From: an uncultured Acidobacteriota bacterium
GTDB taxonomy: Bacteria; Acidobacteriota; Thermoanaerobaculia; UBA5066; Gp7-AA6
NCBI GenBank assembly: GCA_963764715.1
Contig: CAVXTP010000006.1
Coordinates: 160,001-224,000, forward strand
Length of the DNA stretch: 64,000 nucleotides
Reading direction: 5' to 3'
Numbering within the stretch: the stretch's first letter is position 1; each line of letters begins with the position of its first letter. This document shows positions 40,311-49,061 of the stretch, one piece after another. The translations under genes were made by a program, and so were the position numbers. Below the pieces are notes generated by a model that was not told the origin of the DNA, searched no databases, and saw only the letters and a program-made list of their open reading frames with translations.

Positions 40311-42974
40311 TCAGGCGTTTCGAAGAGCGACCATGGGATCGACCGTGGTCGCTCGGCGGGCCGGCACGAAGCAGGCGACCGCGGCGACGAAGGCGAGCAC
40401 GACCGCGACGGCCGCGTAGGTCGGCGGGTCGCCCGGCGTGGTTTCGTACAGGAGTCCCGCCAGGAGGCGCGAGAGCGCGAAGGCGCCCGCGACTCCGATC
40501 GCGAGCCCCAGCGCGACCAGGCGCATGCCCTGGCCGAGCACCATCCGCACCACCCCGCCCGGGAGGGCGCCGAGCGCCATGCGGATGCCGAACTCCTGGC
40601 GCCGCTGCCCGACGGTGAAGCCGATGACGCCGGCGATCCCGGTGGCCGTGATGACGAGAGCGAGGCCGGCGAACGCCGCGAGCAGGACCGCCGTCAGGCG
40701 CGGCATGTCGAGGGCGCTCGCGTGCATGTCCTCGAGGGTCCGGAACCGGTCGACCGGCTGCTCGGGGCCGATCGAGTGCACGGCCTCCCGGACCGTCTTG
40801 GTCAGCGCCATCGGCTCGGCCGTCGTCCGGACGAGACACGCGGTCGAGAGACCCGGGAACTGCAGAATGGAGAGGTAGATCTGGTCGATCGGCAGCCTGG
40901 CGAGGCCGTACTGCCGGACGTCCCCCGAGACGCCGACGATGGTCAGCCAGCGAACTTCGCCGGGCTCGTTGCCGTCGACGCCGATCCGCCGCCCGATCGG
41001 GTCTTCTCCCGGGAAGACGTGGCTCGCCATGGTCTTGTTGATGACGGCGGAGTCGGGCGCATTCGTGCGGTCGGCGGCCGTCAGGGCACGGCCCTTCAGG
41101 ATCGGCACGCCGATGGTCTTGAAGTAGTCGGCGCTGACCCGCTGGAAGTCGGCCCTCGGCAGGGCCTCCGGCGTCGCGGCCTCCCGGCCCTCGATCCGGA
41201 AGCGTCCGCTGGAGGGCCCGCCTTCGGTCAGCGGGAACCGGCCCGCGAGCGCCGCCGATGCCACGCCGGGCTCGGCCGACAGTTTCGTCAGCAGCCGGTC
41301 GAGGAAGTCGAGCTGCTTCTCCCGCTCGCGGTACCGCGTGAAGTTGAGATCGAGGCGCGAGGTCAGGACGCGCTCGGTCTTGTAGCCGGGGTCGATCTGC
41401 TGCAGTTTCCAGAGGGTGCGCAGCATCAGCCCCGCCCCGGCCAGCAGAACGAAGGAGACCGCGACCTGGCCGACGATGAGGACGTTGCGCATCCGGACCC
41501 GGCCGGGCACCGTGGCCGCCGGGTCGCGGCCGTTCTGCAGCGCCGAGACGAGGCTGCGCCGCGACGACAGCGCCGGGATCAGTCCCAGGCCGACCCCGGC
41601 GACGAGCGAGACGGCGAGCGTGAAGAGAAGCACGGGCCCGTCGACCACGATCTCGGCCGCCCGCGGCGTGAAGCGGGCGGCGAAGAGGACGAGCATCTTC
41701 CGGCCGGCGGCCGCGACCGCGAGGCCGAGAAGGCCCCCGAGGACCGCGACGACGACGCTCTCGGTCAGGAGCTGCCGGGCGAGCCTCCCGCGCCCGGCGC
41801 CGAGGGCCGAGCGGAGCGCCATCTCCCGCTCGCGCCGCACCAGCCGCGAGAGCGTCAGGTTCGCCACGTTCGCGCACGCGATGAGGAGCACGAGCCCGAC
41901 GGTCGCCGTCAGCATGAGGAACGTGGGACGGGCCTGCCGCGTCAACTCTTCGCGCAGCGACACCGCTCCCAGGGCGAGACGGGAGGACGAGGGGTAGTTC
42001 TTCGGATAGTCCTGCGAGAGCCGGGTGGCCACGTCGTGCAGGTCCTTCTTCGCGGCCGACAGCGTCGTGCCGTTCTTGAGGCGGCCGAAGGCGCGCAGCA
42101 TTCCCCCGTCGCGATCGTTCTCCATGGATGGATCCGACCGGAACGGGCAGGCCGAGATCGGCATGTAGACGTCGTTCTGGTCGGGGTATCCCGGGATCGC
42201 GGGCAGAACGCCGATCACGGTGTGGGGACGGTCGTTCATCGTGAAGACGCGGCCCACGACCTTCGGGTCGCCGCCGAAGCTCCGCATCCAGTAGTCGTGC
42301 GAGAGCACGAGGACCGCCTCGGCGCCGTGCTGGTCCTCGCCCTTCGCGAACGTGCGGCCGAGGATCGGCTTGACGCCCAGCAGGTCGAAGAAATCGGCGG
42401 AGACCACGCCCGTCTGGATCCGCTCGGGCTCCTCCTTGCCGAGCAGCACGAACCACATCGAGTGGTACTCGGCCACGGCGTCGAAGCTGTGCGTCAGGTT
42501 CTGCAGGTCCGCGACCTCGGGGGGCGAGAACTGCCCGTCCGAGATGCCCGCGCCGGGCGCATCCACCTGGAGGCGCACCAGCCGATCGCCGCCGCCGTAC
42601 GGCAGGGACTGCAGCAGGACGCCGTGGACGACCGAGAAGATCGCCGTGTTGGCGCCGATCCCGAGGGCCAGCGTCAGGACCGCCGCCGCCGCGTAGCCCG
42701 GGTTCTTGCGCAGCGAGCGCAGGCCGTACTTCACGTCCTGGAGGACGGTCTCGAGCAGGCGCGCGCGGTCCGCGTCGCGGACCTCCTCCTTGGTCTTCTC
42801 GACGCCGCCGAACTTCCGCAGGGCCTCGGTCCGCGCCGCCGCCGGGGACATCCCGCGCCGCACGTTCTCCTCCGTCTCCCGCTGGAGATGGAAGCCGATC
42901 TCGTCGTCGAGCTCGTGCTCGATGCGCTTGCCCGCGAAGAGGGACCTGACGCTGCCGAACAGTCTCTTGAACAT
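40311..42974 (-). CDS. ADOP-family ABC permease with N-terminal permease-prefix domain (copy 11, no ATPase alongside)
   Basis: ELDDEIGFHL...ALRKFGG..KEEVRD prefix, then QDVKYGLRSLRKNPG and the duplicated FtsX motifs. Confidence 0.92.
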   Translation of the reverse strand: MFKRLFGSVRSLFAGKRIEHELDDEIGFHLQRETEENVRRGMSPAAARTEALRKFGGVEKTKEEVRDADRARLLETVLQDVKYGLRSLRKNPGYAAAAVLTLALGIGANTAIFSVVHGVLLQSLPYGGGDRLVRLQVDAPGAGISDGQFSPPEVADLQNLTHSFDAVAEYHSMWFVLLGKEEPERIQTGVVSADFFDLLGVKPILGRTFAKGEDQHGAEAVLVLSHDYWMRSFGGDPKVVGRVFTMNDRPHTVIGVLPAIPGYPDQNDVYMPISACPFRSDPSMENDRDGGMLRAFGRLKNGTTLSAAKKDLHDVATRLSQDYPKNYPSSSRLALGAVSLREELTRQARPTFLMLTATVGLVLLIACANVANLTLSRLVRREREMALRSALGAGRGRLARQLLTESVVVAVLGGLLGLAVAAAGRKMLVLFAARFTPRAAEIVVDGPVLLFTLAVSLVAGVGLGLIPALSSRRSLVSALQNGRDPAATVPGRVRMRNVLIVGQVAVSFVLLAGAGLMLRTLWKLQQIDPGYKTERVLTSRLDLNFTRYREREKQLDFLDRLLTKLSAEPGVASAALAGRFPLTEGGPSSGRFRIEGREAATPEALPRADFQRVSADYFKTIGVPILKGRALTAADRTNAPDSAVINKTMASHVFPGEDPIGRRIGVDGNEPGEVRWLTIVGVSGDVRQYGLARLPIDQIYLSILQFPGLSTACLVRTTAEPMALTKTVREAVHSIGPEQPVDRFRTLEDMHASALDMPRLTAVLLAAFAGLALVITATGIAGVIGFTVGQRRQEFGIRMALGALPGGVVRMVLGQGMRLVALGLAIGVAGAFALSRLLAGLLYETTPGDPPTYAAVAVVLAFVAAVACFVPARRATTVDPMVALRNA

Positions 42975-42986
42975 CGTCGTTCTCCT

Positions 42987-43319
42987 CTAAGTCGCCGCGA
43001 GCACGCGCCCGACCGCGGCGGCGAAGCGCTCCCAGCTCTCGGTCTCGTCGGCGAGCTGGCGGCGGCCGGAGCGGGTGAGCGTGTAGAACCGGGCGCGGCG
43101 GTTGTTCTCGGAGCTGCCCCACTCCGCCGAGATCCAGCCCTTTTGCTCCAGGCGGTGGAGGGCCGGATAGAGAGACCCCTGGTTGACCTCCAGCACGTCC
43201 TGGGACAGCTGCTGGATCCGGGCGGCGATCCCCCAGCCATGCATCGGCCCGGTGCCGAGCGTCTTCAAAACCAGGACGTCGAGTGTTCCCTGCAGCAAAT
43301 CGCTTCGTTCCGTGGCCAT
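42987..43319 (-). CDS. PadR-family transcriptional regulator, acidobacterial type
   Basis: LLQGTLDVLVLK, MHGWGIA, QGSLYPALHRLE, SENNRRARFY. GGGGAGG RBS before ATG 43319. Confidence 0.93.
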   Translation of the reverse strand: MATERSDLLQGTLDVLVLKTLGTGPMHGWGIAARIQQLSQDVLEVNQGSLYPALHRLEQKGWISAEWGSSENNRRARFYTLTRSGRRQLADETESWERFAAAVGRVLAAT

Positions 43320-43324
43320 CGGCC

Positions 43325-43382
43325 CTCCCCTCGAATCTCTACAGGAGAGCATACGCGGTCTCCTGTCGAATGTTTAGGGGAG
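43325..43382. promoter_or_regulatory. Putative PadR operator: two 23-bp imperfect palindromes flanking a -10 box
   Basis: CTCCCCT-N9-ACAGGAG (43325-43347) and CTCCTGT-N9-AGGGGAG (43360-43382) have mutually inverted arms. TATGCT on the minus strand (43348-43353) lies between them. Confidence 0.65.
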
Positions 43383-43443
43383 CGCGAAAAAAATCGGGCC
43401 GTGGCCCGCGATAGGCTTCCCGGAAGGCCCTCAAGGAGGAAAT

Positions 43444-44742
43444 GTGACGAAACGACTCACCCTGTCGATCCTCGGATGCGCGATCGCGGTCGCGGTCTTC
43501 GCGGCGGACCCTCCGCCGACCACGGTCGCGGTCAAGGCGGCGCGGCTTCTCGACGTGAAATCCGGCCGGTATGTCGAGCGCCCCGTCATCGTGGTGGTCG
43601 GAGACCGGATCGACAGCGTCGGAACCACGGTGCCCGCCGGTGCCCGCGTCGTGGACCTCGGCAACCGCGTGCTGCTGCCCGGCCTGATCGACACCCACAC
43701 CCACATCCTTCTCCAGGGCGACCCGACCGCGGTCGAGTACGACGAGCAGATCCTCAAGGAATACCCCGCCCACCGCGTCGCCCGGGCCGTGCGGGCGATG
43801 AAGATCGGCCTCGAGCACGGGTTCACCACGATGCGGGACCTCGAAACCGAGGGGGCCGGCTACGACGACGTGGCGCTGCGCGACGCGGTCAACGAGGGCG
43901 TCGTGCCGGGGCCGCGGCTGAAGGTCGTTGGGCCCGCGCTCTCGACGACGGGCTCTTACCCCATCCAGCATTACCGGCCGGACTGGAAGTTCCCGTCCGG
44001 CGTCATGGTCTGCGACGGCGCCGACGGCTGCCGGAAGGCCGTCCGCGAGCAGCTCTCCTACGGCACCGACTGGGTCAAGGTCTACGCCAACACCGGGGGC
44101 CTGCGGCTGACCTCCGACGGCTACATCGACTCCCCCGCCAACTGGACGAAGGAGGAGATCGAGGCGGTCGTCTCGGAGGCCCACGCCCACGGCGTGCGGG
44201 TCGCCGCCCACGCGCGCTCGGACTCGGGTCTGCGCGTGGCGCTCGCCGCCGGCGTCGATTCGATCGAGCACGGCGACTCGATCCGGCCCGAGGCCGCGGC
44301 CGAGATGGCGCGCCGCGGCATCTTTCTCGTTCCGACGCTCCTCGTGGCCGACTACGTCGCCGGCCCCCGGGCGGCGGCGGGCTGCGCCGTCTGCGCCCAG
44401 ACCGAGAAAGTCCACGCGAAGTCCTTCGACAACTGCCGCAAGGCCGGCGTCAAGATCGCGTTCGGCACCGACGCGGGCGGCTTTCCCTGGACCGAGCTCA
44501 ACCAGGCCAGGGAGTTCGCGTTCGAGGTGAAGCTCGGGATGACCCCGATCGAAGCCATCCGCAGCGCCACCACGGTCGCCGCCGACCTGCTCGGCCTGAC
44601 CGGCCAGGTCGGAACGGCCGAGAAGGGCGCCTTCGCCGACCTCGTCGCCGTCGCGGGAGATCCCCTCGCCGACGTGACGGTTCTCGAGAAGATCGACTTC
44701 GTCATGAAGAACGGCGAGGTGGTGAAGGCGCCCGCGCCCTGA
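43444..44742 (+). CDS. Secreted amidohydrolase (Xaa-Pro dipeptidase-like)
   Basis: AAGGAGG RBS, signal peptide, PGLIDTHTH, GFTTMRD, VAAHA, SIEHG, FGTDAG, ADLVAV. Confidence 0.9.
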   Translation: MTKRLTLSILGCAIAVAVFAADPPPTTVAVKAARLLDVKSGRYVERPVIVVVGDRIDSVGTTVPAGARVVDLGNRVLLPGLIDTHTHILLQGDPTAVEYDEQILKEYPAHRVARAVRAMKIGLEHGFTTMRDLETEGAGYDDVALRDAVNEGVVPGPRLKVVGPALSTTGSYPIQHYRPDWKFPSGVMVCDGADGCRKAVREQLSYGTDWVKVYANTGGLRLTSDGYIDSPANWTKEEIEAVVSEAHAHGVRVAAHARSDSGLRVALAAGVDSIEHGDSIRPEAAAEMARRGIFLVPTLLVADYVAGPRAAAGCAVCAQTEKVHAKSFDNCRKAGVKIAFGTDAGGFPWTELNQAREFAFEVKLGMTPIEAIRSATTVAADLLGLTGQVGTAEKGAFADLVAVAGDPLADVTVLEKIDFVMKNGEVVKAPAP

Positions 44743-45332
44743 TGCTCCGGGTCGGCCTGACCGGGGGCCTGGCCTCCGGCAAGTCCACGGTCGCCGAGAT
44801 GCTCGAGGACCTCGGGGCCGTGGTGCTCGACGCGGACGAGGTCGTCCGCGCGCTCTACCGGGAGGGCGGCGCCGGGGCCGAAGCCGCGCGCGAGCTCTTC
44901 GGGGCGGCCGTCCTCGGGCCGGACGGGCGCGTCGACCGGACCCGGCTCGCCGCGATCGTCTTCACGGACCCGGCCGCGCGCCACGCCCTCGAGGCCCGGA
45001 TCCACCCGCTCGTGGGCGAGGAACGGCGGCGCTTCTTCGAGCGGGCCGAGAAGGCGGGGGCCCGGGTCGCGGTCGTCGAGGCCTCGCAGCTGCTGGAGGC
45101 GAAGACCGAGGCCGACTACGACCGCGTCCTTCTCGTCATGGCGCCGGAGGAGGAGCGGGTCCGCCGCTGGGGCGGGCGGGGCGGGGACCCCGAGGACGCG
45201 CGCCGCCGCATCTCCGCCCAGCTGCGGGCCGAGGTCGCCCGCGAGCGCGCCGACGACGTCCTCGTCAACAACGGAACGCTCGACGACCTGCGACGCAAAG
45301 TCACAGAGCTCTACGGGCGCTGGACGGCGTAA
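44742..45332 (+). CDS. coaE: Dephospho-CoA kinase
   Basis: MLRVGLTGGLASGKSTV, LDAD, LEARIHPLV, RISAQ, ADDVLVNNG. TGATG coupling to the upstream gene. Confidence 0.9.
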   Translation: MLRVGLTGGLASGKSTVAEMLEDLGAVVLDADEVVRALYREGGAGAEAARELFGAAVLGPDGRVDRTRLAAIVFTDPAARHALEARIHPLVGEERRRFFERAEKAGARVAVVEASQLLEAKTEADYDRVLLVMAPEEERVRRWGGRGGDPEDARRRISAQLRAEVARERADDVLVNNGTLDDLRRKVTELYGRWTA

Positions 45333-45344
45333 CATTCGTCGCCT

Positions 45345-46538
45345 ATGCCGGCCAAAAAGATCAAACCGCCGTCCGCAATCCCCGCCCGTCCGGGCGACGT
45401 CCTCCTCCTCGTCGGGACGATGAAGGGGCTCTTCCTCTTCTCGTCAAACGCCGCGCGGCGCCGCTGGAAGGCCGCCGGGCCGTTCTTCCCGGGAAGCTCC
45501 GTCTACGGCGCCGCGTTCGACGGCCGCGCCGGCCGCCGCCGGATCTGGGCCGCGCCCTCGAGCATGCACTGGGGCGCCGAGCTCGCCTGGACCGACGACC
45601 TCGGCCGGAGCTGGAAGCGTCCCGCCGAGCCGCTCGTCCGGTTCCCGGAGACCGCGGGGGCGTCGCTCAAGAACATCTGGCAGATCGCACCGGGCCGCCC
45701 GTCGGAGCCCGACGTCCTCTACTGCGGCGTCGAGCCCTCGGCCCTTTTCGCGTCGCGCGACGCCGGAAAGACGTGGGCTATGAACGAGGGCCTGTGGAAC
45801 CACCCGCACCGCGCGAAGTGGAACCCGGGCGGCGGAGGCCTTTGCCTCCACACGATCCTCGTGGACCCGAACCGGCCGGACCGGCTGACGGTCGCGAGCT
45901 CGACCGGCGGCGTCTACCGCTCGGACGACGGCGGAGCGACCTGGAACCCGCGCAACCGCGGCGTGCGCGCCGAGTTCTACCCCGACCAGCACCCCGAGTT
46001 CGGCCAGTGCGTCCACAAGATCGTCCACCACGCGGCCCGGCCGGGCCGGCTTTTCCTTCAGAACCACTGGGGCCTCTACCGCAGCGACGACGGCGGCGAC
46101 TCGTGGACCGACATCGCCAACGGGGTCCCGTCGGACTTCGGGTTCTGCATGGGCATCCACCCGCGCGACCCCGACACGGCCTTCATCGTGCCGATCCACT
46201 CCGACGGCTTCCGGTGCACCCCCGACGGGAAGCTTCGCGTCTACCGGACGAAGGACGCGGGGCGCTCCTGGCACCCCATGACGCGCGGCCTGCCCCAGAA
46301 GGACGCGCTCGAAACCGTCGTCCGCGACGCGATGGGCGTCGACGCGCTCGATCCCGCCGGCGTCTACTTCGGAACGCGCAGCGGCAAGGTTTACGCGTCG
46401 CGGGACGAGGGCCGTTCCTGGGAGCTCGTGCGCGAAGGCCTGCCGCCGGTCGTCTGCGTCAAGGCGGCGGTGCTCGAGGCGCCCGTGCGCAAGGCCGCCC
46501 GCAAGGCCCGTCCCGCGCGGAGCCGCCGCGCGGCATGA
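45345..46538 (+). CDS. BNR/Asp-box beta-propeller protein (sialidase-like fold, function unknown)
   Basis: Repeated SxDxGxTW Asp-boxes (SRDAGKTW, SDDGGATW, SDDGGDSW, TKDAGRSW, SRDEGRSW). Confidence 0.85.
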   Translation: MPAKKIKPPSAIPARPGDVLLLVGTMKGLFLFSSNAARRRWKAAGPFFPGSSVYGAAFDGRAGRRRIWAAPSSMHWGAELAWTDDLGRSWKRPAEPLVRFPETAGASLKNIWQIAPGRPSEPDVLYCGVEPSALFASRDAGKTWAMNEGLWNHPHRAKWNPGGGGLCLHTILVDPNRPDRLTVASSTGGVYRSDDGGATWNPRNRGVRAEFYPDQHPEFGQCVHKIVHHAARPGRLFLQNHWGLYRSDDGGDSWTDIANGVPSDFGFCMGIHPRDPDTAFIVPIHSDGFRCTPDGKLRVYRTKDAGRSWHPMTRGLPQKDALETVVRDAMGVDALDPAGVYFGTRSGKVYASRDEGRSWELVREGLPPVVCVKAAVLEAPVRKAARKARPARSRRAA

Positions 46539-46813
46539 GCGTCGCCGTCCTCGTCCCGGGGCCGCTCCAGCCCTTCGCGGGCGGCGCGAGCCGCGTCGAC
46601 CTCGACCGGCCCGCGACCGTGGCCGAGGCGCTCCGTCAGCTCGACCGCATCCACCCCGGCCTTTCCCACCGCGTCCTCGACGAGACCGGCGCCGTGCGGC
46701 CTCACGTCAACATCTTCGTGGGGCCGGACAACATCCGGGACGCGGCCGGGCTCGCGACGCGCGTGACGGAGGGCTGCGAAATCGCCATCCTGCCGGCCGT
46801 CAGCGGCGGGTAG
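46535..46813 (+). CDS. MoaD/ThiS-family ubiquitin-like protein
   Basis: 92 aa, VRPHVNIFV, ends ILPAVSGG. ATGA overlap with the propeller gene. Confidence 0.9.
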   Translation: MSVAVLVPGPLQPFAGGASRVDLDRPATVAEALRQLDRIHPGLSHRVLDETGAVRPHVNIFVGPDNIRDAAGLATRVTEGCEIAILPAVSGG

Positions 46814-46826
46814 GGCGCGCGCCCCG

Positions 46827-47396
46827 GTGCGGCTCCGCGCGCCGACGCCCGACGGCTGGCTCGCCGCGGTCCTCGGGGACTTCGGCGCGTTTCTGCTCGA
46901 CCATGCCGCCTGCGAGCGCAAGGCCTCCGCGTCCGCCATGGCCTTCGTCGCCCATTACCCCGACCGCCGCGCGCTCGTCGAAGGTTGCATCGCGCTCGCG
47001 CAGGAGGAGCTCGCCCACTTCGAAGCGGTCTGGCGCCGCGTCGACGCGCGGGGCCTGACGCTCTCGGCCGACACGCGGAGCCCCTACATGGAACGGCTCT
47101 CGAAGGAGTTCCGCAAGGGCAGCGACGCCTACTTCCTCGACCGCCTGCTCTGCGCCGGCATCGCCGAGGCGCGCGGCTGCGAGCGCTTCGGCCTCGTCGC
47201 CGGGGGTCTGCCCCCCGGGGAGGACCGCGACTTCTATCGCGAGATCGCTCGCGCCGAGGTCCGCCATCAGGACCTGTACCTGCGCCTGGCGGGCACGTAC
47301 TTCGATCCCGGGGAGGTCGAGGCGCGGCTCGACGGCCTCCTTTCCGTCGAGGCGCGAATCGTCGCGGAGCTGCCGGTTCGCCCGGCGCTCTACTGA
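46827..47396 (+). CDS. miaE: tRNA-(ms2io6A37) hydroxylase, di-iron ferritin-like
   Basis: LLDHAACERKAS, EELAHF, EARGCERF, EVRH. Confidence 0.88.
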   Translation: MRLRAPTPDGWLAAVLGDFGAFLLDHAACERKASASAMAFVAHYPDRRALVEGCIALAQEELAHFEAVWRRVDARGLTLSADTRSPYMERLSKEFRKGSDAYFLDRLLCAGIAEARGCERFGLVAGGLPPGEDRDFYREIARAEVRHQDLYLRLAGTYFDPGEVEARLDGLLSVEARIVAELPVRPALY

Positions 47397-47416
47397 ACGG
47401 GTAGACTCCCCCGCCC

Positions 47417-48778
47417 ATGCCGTCCAGGCCCGTGTCCCAGTACCTCGCCCGGCACGCGGAGCCCGAGGCGGCCGCGGCGGACCTGGCCGACGCGTTGACG
47501 CGCAAGCTCGGCCACGTGCTCGTCGTTCCCGCCTACGGCGAAGGGCAGAGCCTCTTCGACACTCTCGGTTCGGTGCCGAAGGGACCGAAGGGCGAGACGC
47601 TCGTGATCGTGGTTCTCAATGCCCGGGAAGACTCGCCGCGCGCCGTGCACGAGGCGAACGAGGCCGCGCGGCAACGTCTGCGGGGCGTCGCGAAGGCAGC
47701 GGCCGACCTCGCCGCGCCCCACCCCGCGACCGCGCTCGAAGTCGAGAACGGCACCATCCTCGTCGTCGACCGCGCCCGGCCGGGACACTTCCTTCCCGAG
47801 GGCCAGGGCGTCGGTCTCGCGCGCAAGATCGGCAACGACATCGCGCTGCGGCTGCACGCCGAGGGCCGGGTCGCCTCGCCCTGGATCCACAACACGGATG
47901 CCGACGTGCGGCTGCCGAACGATTACTTCGACCAGACGGCGTCGATCCCGGAGGCGGGCAACGCCGCCGCGCTGTACTTCTTCGAGCACCGGTTCGACGC
48001 CGACCCGACGCTCGCCGAGGCCGCGCGGCTCTACGAGATCTCGCTCCGCTACTACACGCTGGGTCTCGCCTGGGCGGGCTCTCCGTACGCGTACGAGGCG
48101 ATGGGGAGCTGCATCGCCGTCCGGCCCGAGGCCTACGCGGCGGTCCGCGGGTTTCCGAGGAAGAACGCGGCCGAGGACTTCTACGTCCTCGACAAGCTCG
48201 CCAAGGTCGGCTCGATCGTTCGCCTCGCCGGGCGGCCCCTGCTCCTCGAGGGGCGCGTCTCGCACCGCGTGCCGTTCGGGACGGGCAAGGCGCTCTCCGA
48301 CCTCGTCACGAAGAAGCGCGCGCTCTCGGGCTTCCGCCTGTACCACCCCGCCGTCTTCGCCCACGTCGCCGCCTGGCTGCGCGTCCTCGAGGCGTCGGCG
48401 AAGAGCGGGGGCCGCGTCGACGTCGCCCTCGAGGAGCTTCCGCGCGAGAACCCGTTCTTCCTGACCGGGCTCCTCGTCGAATCGCTCGAGAAGATGGGGG
48501 CGTTTCCGGCGATGCGGGAAGCCATTGCGCGGTCCTCGGGCGATCCCGCGACGATGCTCCGCCACTTCCATACCTGGTTCGACGCGTTCCGGACGCTGAA
48601 GCTGGTGCACGCGCTGCGCGACGGAGGGCTGCGCTCCCCCGGCTACCTGCAGGCCCTCGCCGAGGCGCCGTTCACGGGGCTGTCGGGATCGACCGAGGAG
48701 GACCCGGAGGCCCTGCGGCTCGTCCTCGCGGCCGAGGAACGCAAGCTCTCGGAGACGCCGGCGGGACTGACGGCCTGA
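47417..48778 (+). CDS. Hypothetical protein with GT-A (family 2-like) glycosyltransferase features
   Basis: VVPAYGE, VGLARKIG, TDAD (DxD), GS, AAEDFY, RVPFGTG. Confidence 0.6.
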   Translation: MPSRPVSQYLARHAEPEAAAADLADALTRKLGHVLVVPAYGEGQSLFDTLGSVPKGPKGETLVIVVLNAREDSPRAVHEANEAARQRLRGVAKAAADLAAPHPATALEVENGTILVVDRARPGHFLPEGQGVGLARKIGNDIALRLHAEGRVASPWIHNTDADVRLPNDYFDQTASIPEAGNAAALYFFEHRFDADPTLAEAARLYEISLRYYTLGLAWAGSPYAYEAMGSCIAVRPEAYAAVRGFPRKNAAEDFYVLDKLAKVGSIVRLAGRPLLLEGRVSHRVPFGTGKALSDLVTKKRALSGFRLYHPAVFAHVAAWLRVLEASAKSGGRVDVALEELPRENPFFLTGLLVESLEKMGAFPAMREAIARSSGDPATMLRHFHTWFDAFRTLKLVHALRDGGLRSPGYLQALAEAPFTGLSGSTEEDPEALRLVLAAEERKLSETPAGLTA

Positions 48779-48784
48779 CGCTGG

Positions 48785-49018
48785 TTAGTTGACGGCGCAG
48801 GAGCCGGGCCCCCGCGGGTCGCCGCAGGAGCCGCAGCCACCGCCGGCGGGCTCCGACGCCGCGCTCTTGCCTCCCCCGCCGTTGCCGACCGAGAAGACCG
48901 ACAGGAGCTTCTCGACCTTCCGGCTCTCGCAGGACGGGCAGCGGGGCTTGGCGTCGCCGAGGACGATCTCCTCGAAGCGCTTCTCGCAGTCGCGGCAGCG
49001 GTACTCGAAGAGCGGCAT
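48785..49018 (-). CDS. FmdB-family zinc-ribbon protein
   Basis: MPLFEYRCRDC...CPSC...KLLS and a Gly/Cys-rich tail. Confidence 0.88.
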   Translation of the reverse strand: MPLFEYRCRDCEKRFEEIVLGDAKPRCPSCESRKVEKLLSVFSVGNGGGGKSAASEPAGGGCGSCGDPRGPGSCAVN

Positions 49019-49061
49019 GCGCGAATTCTAGCGCACGCGCCGGCGTGCTGCTTACTGCTTA

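Noticed and set aside
46535-46813. Calling this gene moaD serving the IorAB-like enzyme
   Set aside because: No moaE or other Moco genes are adjacent, and it is coupled to the propeller gene instead.
49033-49061. GCACGC-N4-GCGTGC hairpin and a TGCTTAC duplication after the Omp85 stop as a terminator
   Set aside because: The stem is short with no U-tract on the coding strand, so support is too weak.
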